A stretch of DNA of 64,000 bases from Eledone cirrhosa (taxonomy: Eukaryota), in NCBI GenBank assembly GCA_964016885.1, contig OZ024744.1, positions 135,780,001-135,844,000 of the forward strand. Reading direction: 5' to 3'. The position numbers were made by a program, and so were the translations under genes. Positions 13,281-27,800 of this stretch are shown one piece after another. The notes beneath the pieces were generated by a model that was given only the letters and a program-made list of their open reading frames with translations, searched no databases and had not been told where the DNA came from. Position 1 is the first letter of the stretch, and every line of letters starts with the position of its first letter.

Positions 13281-16200
13281 GAGAGAAACTAGGTATAAGA
13301 GGAATCAGATGTAGGAGAGGAGACTGTGTTGGTATAGACATGTGATGTGTATGGATGAACTGAGAGAGAAACTAGGTATAAGAGGAATCAGATGTAGGAG
13401 AGGAGACTGTGTTGGTATAGACATGTGATCTGTATGGATGAACTGAGAGAGAAACTAGATATAAGAGGAATCAGATGTAGGAGAGGAGACTGTGTTGGTA
13501 CAGACATGTGATGTGTATGGTTGGAGAGAGAAACTAGGTATAAGAGGGATCAGATGTAGGAGAGGTGATTGTTTGGGTATAGACATGGGATGTGTATAGA
13601 TGAACTGAGAGAGAAACTAGGTTTAACAGGAATCAGATGTAGTGTGTAGGAGAGGAGACTGTGTTGGTATAGACATGTGATGTGTATGGATGAACTGAGA
13701 GAGAAACTAGCTATAAGAGGAATCAGATGTAGGGGAGGAGACTGTGTTGGTATAGACATGTGATGTGTATGGATGAACTGACAGAGAAACTAGGTATAAG
13801 AGGGATCAGATGTAGGAGAGGTGATTGTTTGGGTATAGACATGGGATGTGTATAGATGAACTGAGAGAGAAACTAGGTTTAACAGGAATCAGATGTAGTT
13901 TGTAGGAGAGGAGACTGTGTTGGTATAGACATGTGATGTGTATGGATGAACTGAGAGAGAAACTAGGTTTAAGAGGAATCAGATGTAGGAGAGGAGACTG
14001 TGTTAGTAGAGACATGGACTGTGTATGGATGAACTGAGAAAGAAACTAGGTATAAGAGGAATCAGATGTAGGAGAGGAGACTGTGTTAGTATAGACATGG
14101 GATGTGTATGGATGAACTGAGAGAGAAACTAGGTATAAGAGGAATCAGATGTAGGAGAGGAGACCGTGTTAGTATAGACATGGGATGTGTATGGATGAAC
14201 TGAGAGAGAAACTAGGTATAAGAGGAATCAGATGTAGGAGAGGAGACTGTGTTTGTATAGACATGTGATGTGTATGGATGAACTGAGAGAGAAACTAGGT
14301 TTAAGAGGAATCAGATGTAGGAGAGGAGACTGTGTTAGTAGAGACATGTGATGTGTATGGATGAACTGAGAGAGAAACTAGGTATAAGAGGAATCAGATG
14401 TAGGAGAGGAGACTGTGTTGGTATAGACATGTGATGTGTATGGATGAACTGGGAGAGAAACTAGGTATAAGAGGAATCAGATGTAGGAGAGGAGACTGTG
14501 TTGGTATAGACATGTGATGTGTATGGATGAACTGAGAGAGAAACTAGGTATAAGAGGAATCAGATGTAGGAGAGGAGACTGTGTTGGTATAGACATGTGA
14601 TCTGTATGGATGAACTGAGAGAGAAACTAGATATAAGAGGAATCAGATGTAGGAGAGGAGACTGTGTTGGTACAGACATGTGATGTGTATGGTTGGAGAG
14701 AGAAACTAGGTATAAGAGGGATCAGATGTAGGAGAGGTGATTGTTTGGGTATAGACATGGGATGTGTATAGATGAACTGAGAGAGAAACTAGGTTTAACA
14801 GGAATCAGATGTAGTGTGTAGGAGAGGAGACTGTGTTGGTATAGACATGTGATGTGTATGGATGAACTGAGAGAGAAACTAGCTATAAGAGGAATCAGAT
14901 GTAGGGGAGGAGACTGTGTTGGTATAGACATGTGATGTGTATGGATTAACTGACAGAGAAACTAGGTATAAGAGGGATCAGATGTAGGAGAGGTGATTGT
15001 TTGGGTATAGACATGGGATGTGTATAGATGAACTGAGAGAGAAACTAGGTTTAACAGGAATCAGATGTAGTGTGTAGGAGAGGAGACTGTGTTGGTATAG
15101 ACATGTGATGTGTATGGATGAACTGAGAGAGAAACTAGGTTTAAGAGGAATCAGATGTAGGAGAGGAGACTGTGTTAGTAGAGACATGGACTGTGTATGG
15201 ATGAACTGAGAAAGAAACTAGGTATAAGAGGAATCAGATGTAGGAGAGGAGACTGTGTTAGTATAGACATGGGATGTGTATGGATGAACTGAGAGAGAAA
15301 CTAGGTATAAGAGGAATCAGATGTAGGAGAGGAGACCGTGTTAGTATAGACATGGGATGTGTATGGATGAACTGAGAGAGAAACTAGGTATAAGAGGAAT
15401 CAGATGTAGGAGAGGAGACTGTGTTTGTATAGACATGTGATGTGTATGGATGAACTGAGAGAGAAATTAGGTTTAAGAGGAATCAGATGTAGGAGAGGAG
15501 ACTGTGTTAGTAGAGACATGTGATGTGTATGGATGAACTGAGAGAGAAACTAGGTATAAGAGGAATCAGATGTAGGAGAGGAGACTGTGTTGGTATAGAC
15601 ATGTGATGTGTATGGATGAACTGGGAGAGAAACTAGGTATAAGAGGAATCAGATGTAGGAGAGGAGACTGTGTTGGTATAGACATGTGATGTGTATGGAT
15701 GAACTGAGAGAGAAACTAGGTATAAGAGGAATCAGATGTAGGAGAGGAGACTGTGTTGGTATAGACATGTGATCTGTATGGATGAACTGAGAGAGAAACT
15801 AGATATAAGAGGAATCAGATGTAGGAGAGGAGACTGTGTTGGTACAGACATGTGATGTGTATGGTTGGAGAGAGAAAGTAGGTATAAGAGGGATCAGATG
15901 TAGGAGAGGTGATTGTTTGGGTATAGACATGGGATGTGTATAGATGAACTGAGAGAGAAACTAGGTTTAACAGGAATCAGATGTAGTGTGTAGGAGAGGA
16001 GACTGTGTTGGTATAGACATGTGATGTGTATGGATGAACTGAGAGAGAAACTAGCTATAAGAGGAATCAGATGTAGGGGAGGAGACTGTGTTGGTATAGA
16101 CATGTGATGTGTATGGATGAACTGGGAGAGAAACTAGGTATAAGAGGAATCAGATGTAGGAGAGGAGACTGTGTTGGTATAGACATGTGATGTGTATGGA

Positions 16201-16530
16201 TGAACTGAGAGAGAAACTAGGTATAAGAGGAATCAGATGTAGGAGAGGAGACTGTGTTGGTATAGACATGTGATCTGTATGGATGAACTGAGAGAGAAAC
16301 TAGATATAAGAGGAATCAGATGTAGGAGAGGAGACTGTGTTGGTACAGACATGTGATGTGTATGGTTGGAGAGAGAAACTAGGTATAAGAGGGATCAGAT
16401 GTAGGAGAGGTGATTGTTTGGGTATAGACATGGGATGTGTATAGATGAACTGAGAGAGAAACTAGGTTTAACAGGAATCAGATGTAGTGTGTAGGAGAGG
16501 AGACTGTGTTGGTATAGACATGTGATGTGT
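13281..16530. repeat. 1172-bp 14-mer higher-order repeat (~2.4 copies) plus a 501-bp 6-mer derivative
   Basis: Marker cagacatgtgatgtgtatggttggagag at 13501, 14673, 15845 (step 1172) and 16346 (step 501). Identical ORFs at 13550, 14722 and 15894. 1172 = 11x83+2x90+79; 501 = 4x83+90+79. Confidence 0.93.
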
Positions 16531-19500
16531 ATAGATGAACTGAGAGAGAAACTAGGTTTAACAGGAATCAGATGTAGGAGAGGAGACTGTTTGTATAGAC
16601 ATGTGATGTGTATGGATGAACTGAGAGAGAAACTAGGTATATATAGGAATCAGATGTAGTGTGTAGGAGAGGAGACTGTGTTGGTATAGACATGTGATGT
16701 GTATGGATGAACTGAGAGAGAAACTAGGTATAAGAGGAATCAGATGTAGTGTGTAGGAGAGGAGACTGTGTTGGTATAGACATGTGATGTGTATGGATGA
16801 AGTGAGAGAGAAACTAGGTATGAGAAGAATCAGATGTAGTGTGTAGGAGAGGAGACTGTTTGAATAGACATGTGATGTGTATGTATGAACTGGGAGAGAA
16901 ACTAGGTATAAGAGGAATCAGATGTAGGAGAGGTGATTGTGTTGGTATAGACATGGGATGTGTATAGATGAACTGAGAGAGAAACTAGGTTTAAGAGGAA
17001 TCAGATGTAGGAGAGGAGACTGTGTTTGTATAGACATGTGATGTGTATGGATGAACTGACAGAGAAACTAGGTTTAAGAGGAATCAGATGTAGGAGAGGA
17101 GAATGTGTTAGTAGAGACATGGAATGTGTATGGATGAACTGAGAGAGAAACTAGGTATAAGAGGAATCAGATGTAGGAGAGGAGACTGTTAGTATAGACA
17201 TGGGATGTGTATGGATGAACTGAGAGAGAAACTAGGTATAAGAGGAATCAGATGTAGGAGAGGAGACTGTTAGTATAGACATGGGATGTGTATGGATGAA
17301 CTGAGAGAGAAACTAGGTATAAGAGGAATCAGATGTAGGAGAGGAGACTGTGTTGGTATAGACATGTGATGTGTATGGATGAACTGAGAGAGAAACTAGG
17401 TATAAGAGGAATCAGATGTAGTGTGTAGGAGAGGAGACTGTGTTGGTATAGACATGTGATGTGTATGGATGAACTGAGAGAGAAACTAATTATAAGAGGG
17501 ATCAGATGTAGGAGAGGTGATTGTTTGGGTATAGACATGGGAGGTGTATAGATGAACTGAGAGAGAAACTAGGTTTAACAGGAATCAGAGGTAGTGTGTA
17601 GGAGAGGAGACTGTGTTGGTATAGACATGTGATGTGTAATGATGAACTGAGAGAGAAACTAGGTATAAGAGGAATCAGATGTAGTGTGTAGGATAGGAGA
17701 CTGTGTTGGTATAGACATGTGATGTGTATGGATGAAATGAGAGAGAAACTAGGTATAAGAGGAATCAGATGTAGTGTGTAGGAGAGAAGACTGTGTTTGT
17801 ATAGACATGGGATGTGTATGGATGAAGTGAGAGGGAAACTAGGTATAAGAGGAATCAGATGTAGTGTGTAGGAGAGGAGACTGTTTTGGTATAGACATAT
17901 GATGTGTATGGATGAAGTGAGAGAGAAACTAGGTATGAGAAAAATCAGATGTAGTGTGTAGGAGAGGAGACTGTTTGTATAGACATGTGATGTGTATGGA
18001 TGAACTGAGAGAGAAACTAGGTATAAGAAGAATCAGATGTAGTGTGTAGGAGAGGAGACTGTTTGTATAGACATGTGATATGTATGGATGAACTGGGAGA
18101 GAAACTAGGTATAAGAGGAATCAGATGTAGGAGAGGTGATTGTGTTGGTATAGACATGGGATGCGTATAGATGAACTGAGAGAGAAACTAGGTTTAAGAG
18201 GAATCAGATGTAGGAGAGGAGACTGTGTTTGTATAGACATGTGATGTGTATGGATGAACTGAGAGAGAAACTAGGTTTAAGAGGAATCAGATGTAGGAGA
18301 GGAGACTGTGTTAGTAGAGACATGGAATGTGTATGGATGAACTGAGAAAGAATCTAGGTATATGAGGAATCAGATGTAGGAGAGGAGACTGTTAGTATAG
18401 ACATGGGATGTGTATGGATGAACTGAGAGAGAAACTAGGTATAAGAGGAATCAGATGTAGGAGAGGAGACTGTGTTGGTATAGACATGTGATGTGTATGG
18501 ATGAACTGAGAGAGAAACTAGGTATAAGAGGAATCAGATATAGTGTGTAGGAGAGGAGACTGTGTTGGTATAGACATGTGATGTGTATAGATGAACTGAG
18601 AGAGAAACTAGTTATAAGAGGAATCAGATGTAGGAGAGGTGATTGTGTGTGTATAGACAGGGGATGTGTATAGATGAACTGAGAGAGAAACTAGGTTTAA
18701 CAGGAATCAGATGTAGTGTGTAGGAGAGGAGACTGTGTTGGTATAGACATGTGATGTGTATGGATGAACTGAGAGAGAAACTAGGTATAAGAGGAATCAG
18801 ATGTAGTGTGTAGGAGAGGTGACTGTGTTAGTATAGACATGTGATGAACTGAGAGAGAAACTAGGTATAAGAGGAATCAGATGTAGTGTGTAGGAGAGGA
18901 GACTGTGTTGGTATAGACATGTGATGAACAGAGATGAACTGAGAGAGAAACTAGGTATAAGAGGAATCAGATGTAGTGTGTAGGAGAGGAGACTGTCTTT
19001 CTATAGACATGTGATGTGTATAGATGAATTGAGAGAGAAACTAGGTATAAGAGGAATCAGATGTAGTGTGTAGGAGAGGAGACTGTTTGTATAGACATGT
19101 GATGTGTATGGATGAACTGGGAGAGAAACTAGGTATAAGAGGAATTAGATGTAGTGTGTAGGAGAGGAGACTGTGTTGGTATAGACATGTGATGTGTATG
19201 GATGAACTGAGAAAGAAACTAGGTATAAGACGAATCAGATGTAGGAGAGGAGACTGTTAGTATAGACATGGGATGTGTATGGATGAACTGAGAGAGAAAC
19301 TAGGTATAAGAGGAATCAGATGTAGGAGAGGAGACTGTGTTGGTATAGACATGTGATGTGTATGGATGAACTGAGAGAGAAACTAGGTATAAGAGGAATC
19401 AGATATAGTGTGTAGGAGAGGTGATTGTGTTGGTATAGACATGGGATGTGTATAGATGAACTGAGAGAGAAACTAGGTTTAAGAGGAATCAGATGTAGGA

Positions 19501-22425
19501 GAGGAGACTGTGTTTGTATAGACATGTGATGTGTATGGATGAACTGAGAGAGAAACTAGGTTTAAGAGGAATTAGATGTAGTGTGTAGGAGAGGAGACTG
19601 TGTTGGTATAGACATGTGATGTGTATGGATGAACTGAGAAAGAAACTAGGTATAAGACGAATCAGATGTAGGAGAGGAGACTGTTAGTATAGACATGGGA
19701 TGTGTATGGATGAACTGAGAGAGAAACTAGGTATAAGAGGAATCAGATGTAGGAGAGGAGACTGTGTTGGTATAGACATGTGATGTGTATGGATGAACTG
19801 AGAGAGAAACTAGGTATAAGAGGAATCAGATATAGTGTGTAGGAGAGGAGACTGTGTTGGTATAGACATGTGATGTGTATAGATGAACTGAGAGAGAAAC
19901 TAGTTATAAGAGGAATCAGATGTAGGAGAGGTGATTGTGTGGGTATAGACAGGGGATGTGTATAGATGAACTGAGAGAGAGACTAGGTTTAACCGGAATC
20001 AGATGTAGTGTGTAGGAGAGGAGACTGTGTTGGTATAGACATGTGATGTGTATGGATGAACTGAGAGAGAAACTAGGTATAAGAGGAATCAGATGTAGTG
20101 TGTAGGAGAGGAGACTGTGTTGGTATAGACATGGGATGTGTATGGATGAAGTGAGAGGGAAACTAGGTAGGAGAAGAATCAGATGTAGTGTGTAGGAGAG
20201 GAGACTGTTTGTATAGACATGTGATGTGTATGGATGAACTGAGAGAGAAACTAGGTATAAGAGGAATCAGATGTAGTGTGTAGGAGAGGAGACTGTGTTG
20301 GTATAGACATATGATGTGTATGGATGAAGTGAGAGAGAAACTAGGTATGAGAAGAATCAGATGTAGTGTGTAGGAGAGGAGACTGTTTGTATAGACATGT
20401 GATGTGTATGGATGAACTGAGAGAGAAACTAGGTATAAGAAGAATCAGATGTAGTGTTTAGGAGAGGAGACTGTTTGTATAGACATGTGATGTGTATGGA
20501 TGAACTGGGAGAGAAACTAGGTATAAGAGGAATCAGATGTAGGAGAGGTGATTGTGTTGGTATAGACATGGGATGTGTATAGATGAACTGAGAGAGAAAC
20601 TAGGTTTAAGAGGAATCAGATGTAGGAGAGGAGACTGTGTTTGTATAGACATGTGATGTGTATGGATGAACTGAGAGAGAAACTAGGTTTAAGAGGAATC
20701 AGATGTAGGAGAGGAGACTGTGTTAGTAGAGACATGGAATGTGTATGGATGAACTGAGAAAGAAACTAGGTATAAGACGAATCAGATGTAGGAGAGGAGA
20801 CTGTTAGCATAGACATGGGATGTGTATGGATGAACTGAGAGAGAAACTAGGTATAAGAGGAATCAGATGTAGGAGAGGAGACTGTGTTGGTATAGACATG
20901 TGATGTGTATGGATGAACTGAGAGAGAAACTAGGTATAAGAGGAATCAGATATAGTGTGTAGGAGAGGAGACTGTGTTGGTATAGACATGTGATGTGTAT
21001 AGATGAACTGAGAGAGAAACTAGTTATAAGAGGAATCAGATGTAGGAGAGGTGATTGTGTGGGTATAGACAGGGGATGTGTATAGATGAACTGAGAGAGA
21101 AACTAGGTTTAACAGGAATCAGATGTAGGAGAGGAGACTGTTTGTATAGACATGTGATGTGTATGGATGAACTGAGAGAGAAACTAGGTATATATAGGAA
21201 TCAGATGTAGTGTGTAGGAGAGGAGACTGTGTTGGTATAGACATGTGATGTGTATGGATGAACTGAGAGAGAAACTAGGTATAAGAGGAATCAGATGTAG
21301 TGTGTAGGAGAGGAGACTGTGTTGGTATAGACATGGGATGTGTATGGATGAAGTGAGAGGGAAACTAGGTATAACAGGAATCAGAGGTAGTGTGTAGGAG
21401 AGGAGACTGTGTTGGTATAGACATGTGATGTGTAATGATGAACTGAGAGAGAAACTAGGTATAAGAGGAATCAGATGTAGTGTGTAGGATAGGAGACTGT
21501 GTTGGTATAGACATGTGATGTGTATGGATGAAATGAGAGAGAAACTAGGTATAAGAGGAATCAGATGTAGTGTGTAGGAGAGAAGACTGTGTTTGTATAG
21601 ACATGGGATGTGTATGGATGAAGTGAGAGGGAAACTAGGTATAAGAAGAATCAGATGTAGTGTGTAGGAGAGGAGACTGTTTGTATAGACATGTGATGTT
21701 TATGGATGAACTGAGAGAGAAACTAGGTATAAGAGGAATCAGATGTAGTGTGTAGGAGAGGAGACTGTGTTGGTATAGGCATGTGATGTGTATGGATAAA
21801 CTGAGAGAGAAACTAGGTATAAGAGGAATCAGATGTAGTGTGTAGGAGAGGAGACTGTGTTGGTATAGACATATGATGTGTATGGATGAAGTGAGAGAGA
21901 AACTAGGTATGAGAAAAATCAGATGTAGTGTGTAGGAGAGGAGACTGTTTGTATAGACATGTGATGTGTATGGATGAACTGAGAGAGAAACTAGGTATAA
22001 GAAGAATCAGATGTAGTGTGTAGGAGAGGAGACTGTTTGTATAGACATGTGATATGTATGGATGAACTGAGAGAGAAACTAGGTATAAGAAGAATCAGAT
22101 GTAGTGTGTAGGAGAGGAGACTGTTTGTATAGACATGTGATGTGTATGGATGAACTGGGAGAGAAACTAGGTATAAGAGGAATCAGATGTAGGAGAGGTG
22201 ATTGTGTTGGTATAGACATGGGATGTGTATAGATGAACTGAGAGAGAAACTAGGTTTAAGAGGAATCAGATGTAGGAGAGGAGACTGTGTTTGTATAGAC
22301 ATGTGATGTGTATGGATGAACTGAGAGAGAAACTAGGTTTAAGAGGAATCAGATGTAGGAGAGGAGACTGTGTTAGTAGAGACATGGAATGTGTATGGAT
22401 GAACTGAGAAAGAATCTAGGTATAT

Positions 22426-24825
22426 GAGGAATCAGATGTAGGAGAGGAGACTGTTAGTATAGACATGGGATGTGTATGGATGAACTGAGAGAGAAACTAG
22501 GTATAAGAGGAATCAGATGTAGGAGAGGAGACTGTGTTGGTATAGACATGTGATGTGTATGGATGAACTGAGAGAGAAACTAGGTATAAGAGGAATCAGA
22601 TATAGTGTGTAGGAGAGGAGACTGTGTTGGTATAGACATGTGATGTGTATAGATGAACTGAGAGAGAAACTAGTTATAAGAGGAATCAGATGTAGGAGAG
22701 GTGATTGTGTGTGTATAGACAGGGGATGTGTATAGATGAACTGAGAGAGAAACTAGGTTTAACAGGAATCAGATGTAGTGTGTAGGAGAGGAGACTGTGT
22801 TGGTATAGACATGTGATGTGTATGGATGAACTGAGAGAGAAACTAGGTATAAGAGGAATCAGATGTAGTGTGTAGGAGAGGTGACTGTGTTAGTATAGAC
22901 ATGTGATGAACTGAGAGAGAAACTAGGTATAAGAGGAATCAGATGTAGTGTGTAGGAGAGGAGACTGTGTTGGTATAGACATGTGATGAACAGAGATGAA
23001 CTGAGAGAGAAACTAGGTATAAGAGGAATCAGATGTAGTGTGTAGGAGAGGAGACTGTCTTTCTATAGACATGTGATGTGTATAGATGAATTGAGAGAGA
23101 AACTAGGTATAAGAGGAATCAGATGTAGTGTGTAGGAGAGGAGACTGTTTGTATAGACATGTGATGTGTATGGATGAACTGGGAGAGAAACTAGGTATAA
23201 GAGGAATCAGATGTAGGAGAGGTGATTGTGTTGGTATAGACATGGGATGTGTATAGATGAACTGAGAGAGAAACTAGGTTTAAGAGGAATCAGATGTAGG
23301 AGAGGAGACTGTGTTTGTATAGACATGTGATGTGTATGGATGAACTGAGAGAGAAACTAGGTTTAAGAGGAATTAGATGTAGTGTGTAGGAGAGGAGACT
23401 GTGTTGGTATAGACATGTGATGTGTATGGATGAACTGAGAAAGAAACTAGGTATAAGACGAATCAGATGTAGGAGAGGAGACTGTTAGTATAGACATGGG
23501 ATGTGTATGGATGAACTGAGAGAGAAACTAGGTATAAGAGGAATCAGATGTAGGAGAGGAGACTGTTAGTATAGACATGGGATGTGTATGGATGAACTGA
23601 GAGAGAAACTAGGTATAAGAGGAATCAGATGTAGGAGAGGAGACTGTGTTGGTATAGACATGTGATGTGTATGGATGAACTGAGAGAGAAACTAGGTATA
23701 AGAGGAATCAGATATAGTGTGTAGGAGAGGAGACTGTGTTGGTATAGACATGTGATGTGTATAGATGAACTGAGAGAGAAACTAGTTATAAGAGGAATCA
23801 GATGTAGGAGAGGTGATTGTGTGTGTATAGACAGGGGATGTGTATAGATGAACTGAGAGAGAAACTAGGTTTAACAGGAATCAGATGTAGTGTGTAGGAG
23901 AGGAGACTGTGTTGGTATAGACATGTGATGTGTATGGATGAACTGAGAGAGAAACTAGGTATAAGAGGAATCAGATGTAGTGTGTAGGAGAGGTGACTGT
24001 GTTAGTATAGACATGTGATGAACTGAGAGAGAAACTAGGTATAAGAGGAATCAGATGTAGTGTGTAGGAGAGGAGACTGTGTTGGTATAGACATGTGATG
24101 AACAGAGATGAACTGAGAGAGAAACTAGGTATAAGAGGAATCAGATGTAGTGTGTAGGAGAGGAGACTGTCTTTCTATAGACATGTGATGTGTATAGATG
24201 AATTGAGAGAGAAACTAGGTATAAGAGGAATCAGATGTAGTGTGTAGGAGAGGAGACTGTTTGTATAGACATGTGATGTGTATGGATGAACTGGGAGAGA
24301 AACTAGGTATAAGAGGAATCAGATGTAGGAGAGGTGATTGTGTTGGTATAGACATGGGATGTGTATAGATGAACTGAGAGAGAAACTAGGTTTAAGAGGA
24401 ATCAGATGTAGGAGAGGAGACTGTGTTTGTATAGACATGTGATGTGTATGGATGAACTGAGAGAGAAACTAGGTTTAAGAGGAATTAGATGTAGTGTGTA
24501 GGAGAGGAGACTGTGTTGGTATAGACATGTGATGTGTATGGATGAACTGAGAAAGAAACTAGGTATAAGACGAATCAGATGTAGGAGAGGAGACTGTTAG
24601 TATAGACATGGGATGTGTATGGATGAACTGAGAGAGAAACTAGGTATAAGAGGAATCAGATGTAGGAGAGGAGACTGTTAGTATAGACATGGGATGTGTA
24701 TGGATGAACTGAGAGAGAAACTAGGTATAAGAGGAATCAGATGTAGGAGAGGAGACTGTGTTGGTATAGACATGTGATGTGTATGGATGAACTGAGAGAG
24801 AAACTAGGTATAAGAGGAATCAGAT
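22426..24825. repeat. 1112-bp 13-mer higher-order repeat (~2.1 tandem copies)
   Basis: Marker ctttctatag at 23059 and 24171 (offset 1112). Monomer lengths 90,80,90,90,88,83,83,90,81,81,83,90,83 sum to 1112. Confidence 0.88.
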
Positions 24826-27800
24826 GTAGTGTGTAGGAGAGGAGACTGTGTTGGTATAGACATGTGATGTGTATGGATGAACTGAGAGAGAAACTAATTA
24901 TAAGAGGGATCAGATGTAGGAGAGGTGATTGTTTGGGTATAGACATGGGAGGTGTATAGATGAACTGAGAGAGAAACTAGGTTTAACAGGAATCAGAGGT
25001 AGTGTGTAGGAGAGGAGACTGTGTTGGTATAGACATGTGATGTGTAATGATGAACTGAGAGAGAAACTAGGTATAAGAGGAATCAGATGTAGTGTGTAGG
25101 ATAGGAGACTGTGTTGGTATAGACATGTGATGTGTATGGATGAAATGAGAGAGAAACTAGGTATAAGAGGAATCAGATGTAGTGTGTAGGAGAGAAGACT
25201 GTGTTTGTATAGACATGGGATGTGTATGGATGAAGTGAGAGGGAAACTAGGTATAAGAGGAATCAGATGTAGTGTGTAGGAGAGGAGACTGTGTTGGTAT
25301 AGACATATGATGTGTATGGATGAAGTGAGAGAGAAACTAGGTATGAGAAAAATCAGATGTAGTGTGTAGGAGAGGAGACTGTTTGTATAGACATGTGATG
25401 TGTATGGATGAACTGAGAGAGAAACTAGGTATAAGAAGAATCAGATGTAGTGTGTAGGAGAGGAGACTGTTTGTATAGACATGTGATATGTATGGATGAA
25501 CTGGGAGAGAAACTAGGTATAAGAGGAATCAGATGTAGGAGAGGTGATTGTGTTGGTATAGACATGGGATGCGTATAGATGAACTGAGAGAGAAACTAGG
25601 TTTAAGAGGAATCAGATGTAGGAGAGGAGACTGTGTTTGTATAGACATGTGATGTGTATGGATGAACTGAGAGAGAAACTAGGTTTAAGAGGAATCAGAT
25701 GTAGGAGAGGAGACTGTGTTAGTAGAGACATGGAATGTGTATGGATGAACTGAGAAAGAATCTAGGTATATGAGGAATCAGATGTAGGAGAGGAGACTGT
25801 TAGTATAGACATGGGATGTGTATGGATGAACTGAGAGAGAAACTAGGTATAAGAGGAATCAGATGTAGGAGAGGAGACTGTGTTGGTATAGACATGTGAT
25901 GTGTATGGATGAACTGAGAGAGAAACTAGGTATAAGAGGAATCAGATATAGTGTGTAGGAGAGGAGACTGTGTTGGTATAGACATGTGATGTGTATAGAT
26001 GAACTGAGAGAGAAACTAGTTATAAGAGGAATCAGATGTAGGAGAGGTGATTGTGTGTGTATAGACAGGGGATGTGTATAGATGAACTGAGAGAGAAACT
26101 AGGTTTAACAGGAATCAGATGTAGTGTGTAGGAGAGGAGACTGTGTTGGTATAGACATGTGATGTGTATGGATGAACTGAGAGAGAAACTAGGTATAAGA
26201 GGAATCAGATGTAGTGTGTAGGAGAGGTGACTGTGTTAGTATAGACATGTGATGAACTGAGAGAGAAACTAGGTATAAGAGGAATCAGATGTAGTGTGTA
26301 GGAGAGGAGACTGTGTTGGTATAGACATGTGATGAACAGAGATGAACTGAGAGAGAAACTAGGTATAAGAGGAATCAGATGTAGTGTGTAGGAGAGGAGA
26401 CTGTCTTTCTATAGACATGTGATGTGTATAGATGAATTGAGAGAGAAACTAGGTATAAGAGGAATCAGATGTAGTGTGTAGGAGAGGAGACTGTTTGTAT
26501 AGACATGTGATGTGTATGGATGAACTGGGAGAGAAACTAGGTATAAGAGGAATCAGATGTAGGAGAGGTGATTGTGTTGGTATAGACATGGGATGTGTAT
26601 AGATGAACTGAGAGAGAAACTAGGTTTAAGAGGAATCAGATGTAGGAGAGGAGACTGTGTTTGTATAGACATGTGATGTGTATGGATGAACTGAGAGAGA
26701 AACTAGGTTTAAGAGGAATTAGATGTAGTGTGTAGGAGAGGAGACTGTGTTGGTATAGACATGTGATGTGTATGGATGAACTGAGAAAGAAACTAGGTAT
26801 AAGACGAATCAGATGTAGGAGAGGAGACTGTTAGTATAGACATGGGATGTGTATGGATGAACTGAGAGAGAAACTAGGTATAAGAGGAATCAGATGTAGG
26901 AGAGGAGACTGTGTTGGTATAGACATGTGATGTGTATGGATGAACTGAGAGAGAAACTAGGTATAAGAGGAATCAGATATAGTGTGTAGGAGAGGAGACT
27001 GTGTTGGTATTCGACATGTGATGTGTATAGATGAACTGAGAGAGAAACTAGTTATAAGAGGAATCAGATGTAGGAGAGGTGATTGTGTGGGTATAGACAG
27101 GGGATGTGTATAGATGAACTGAGAGAGAAACTAGGTTTAACCGGAATCAGATGTAGTGTGTAGGAGAGGAGACTGTGTTGGTATAGACATGTGATGTGTA
27201 TGGATGAACTGAGAGAGAAACTAGGTATAAGAGGAATCAGATGTAGTGTGTAGGAGAGGAGACTGTGTTGGTATAGACATGGGATGTGTATGGATGAAGT
27301 GAGAGGGAAACTAGGTAGGAGAAGAATCAGATGTAGTGTGTAGGAGAGGAGACTGTTTGTATAGACATGTGATGTGTATGGATGAACTGAGAGAGAAACT
27401 AGGTATAAGAGGAATCAGATGTAGTGTGTAGGAGAGGAGACTGTGTTGGTATAGACATATGATGTGTATGGATGAAGTGAGAGAGAAACTAGGTATGAGA
27501 AGAATCAGATGTAGTGTGTAGGAGAGGAGACTGTTTGTATAGACATGTGATGTGTATGGATGAACTGAGAGAGAAACTAGGTATAAGAAGAATCAGATGT
27601 AGTGTGTAGGAGAGGAGACTGTTTGTATAGACATGTGATGTGTATGGATGAACTGGGAGAGAAACTAGGTATAAGAGGAATCAGATGTAGGAGAGGTGAT
27701 TGTGTTGGTATAGACATGGGATGTGTATAGATGAACTGAGAGAGAAACTAGGTTTAAGAGGAATCAGATGTAGGAGAGGAGACTGTGTTTGTATAGACAT

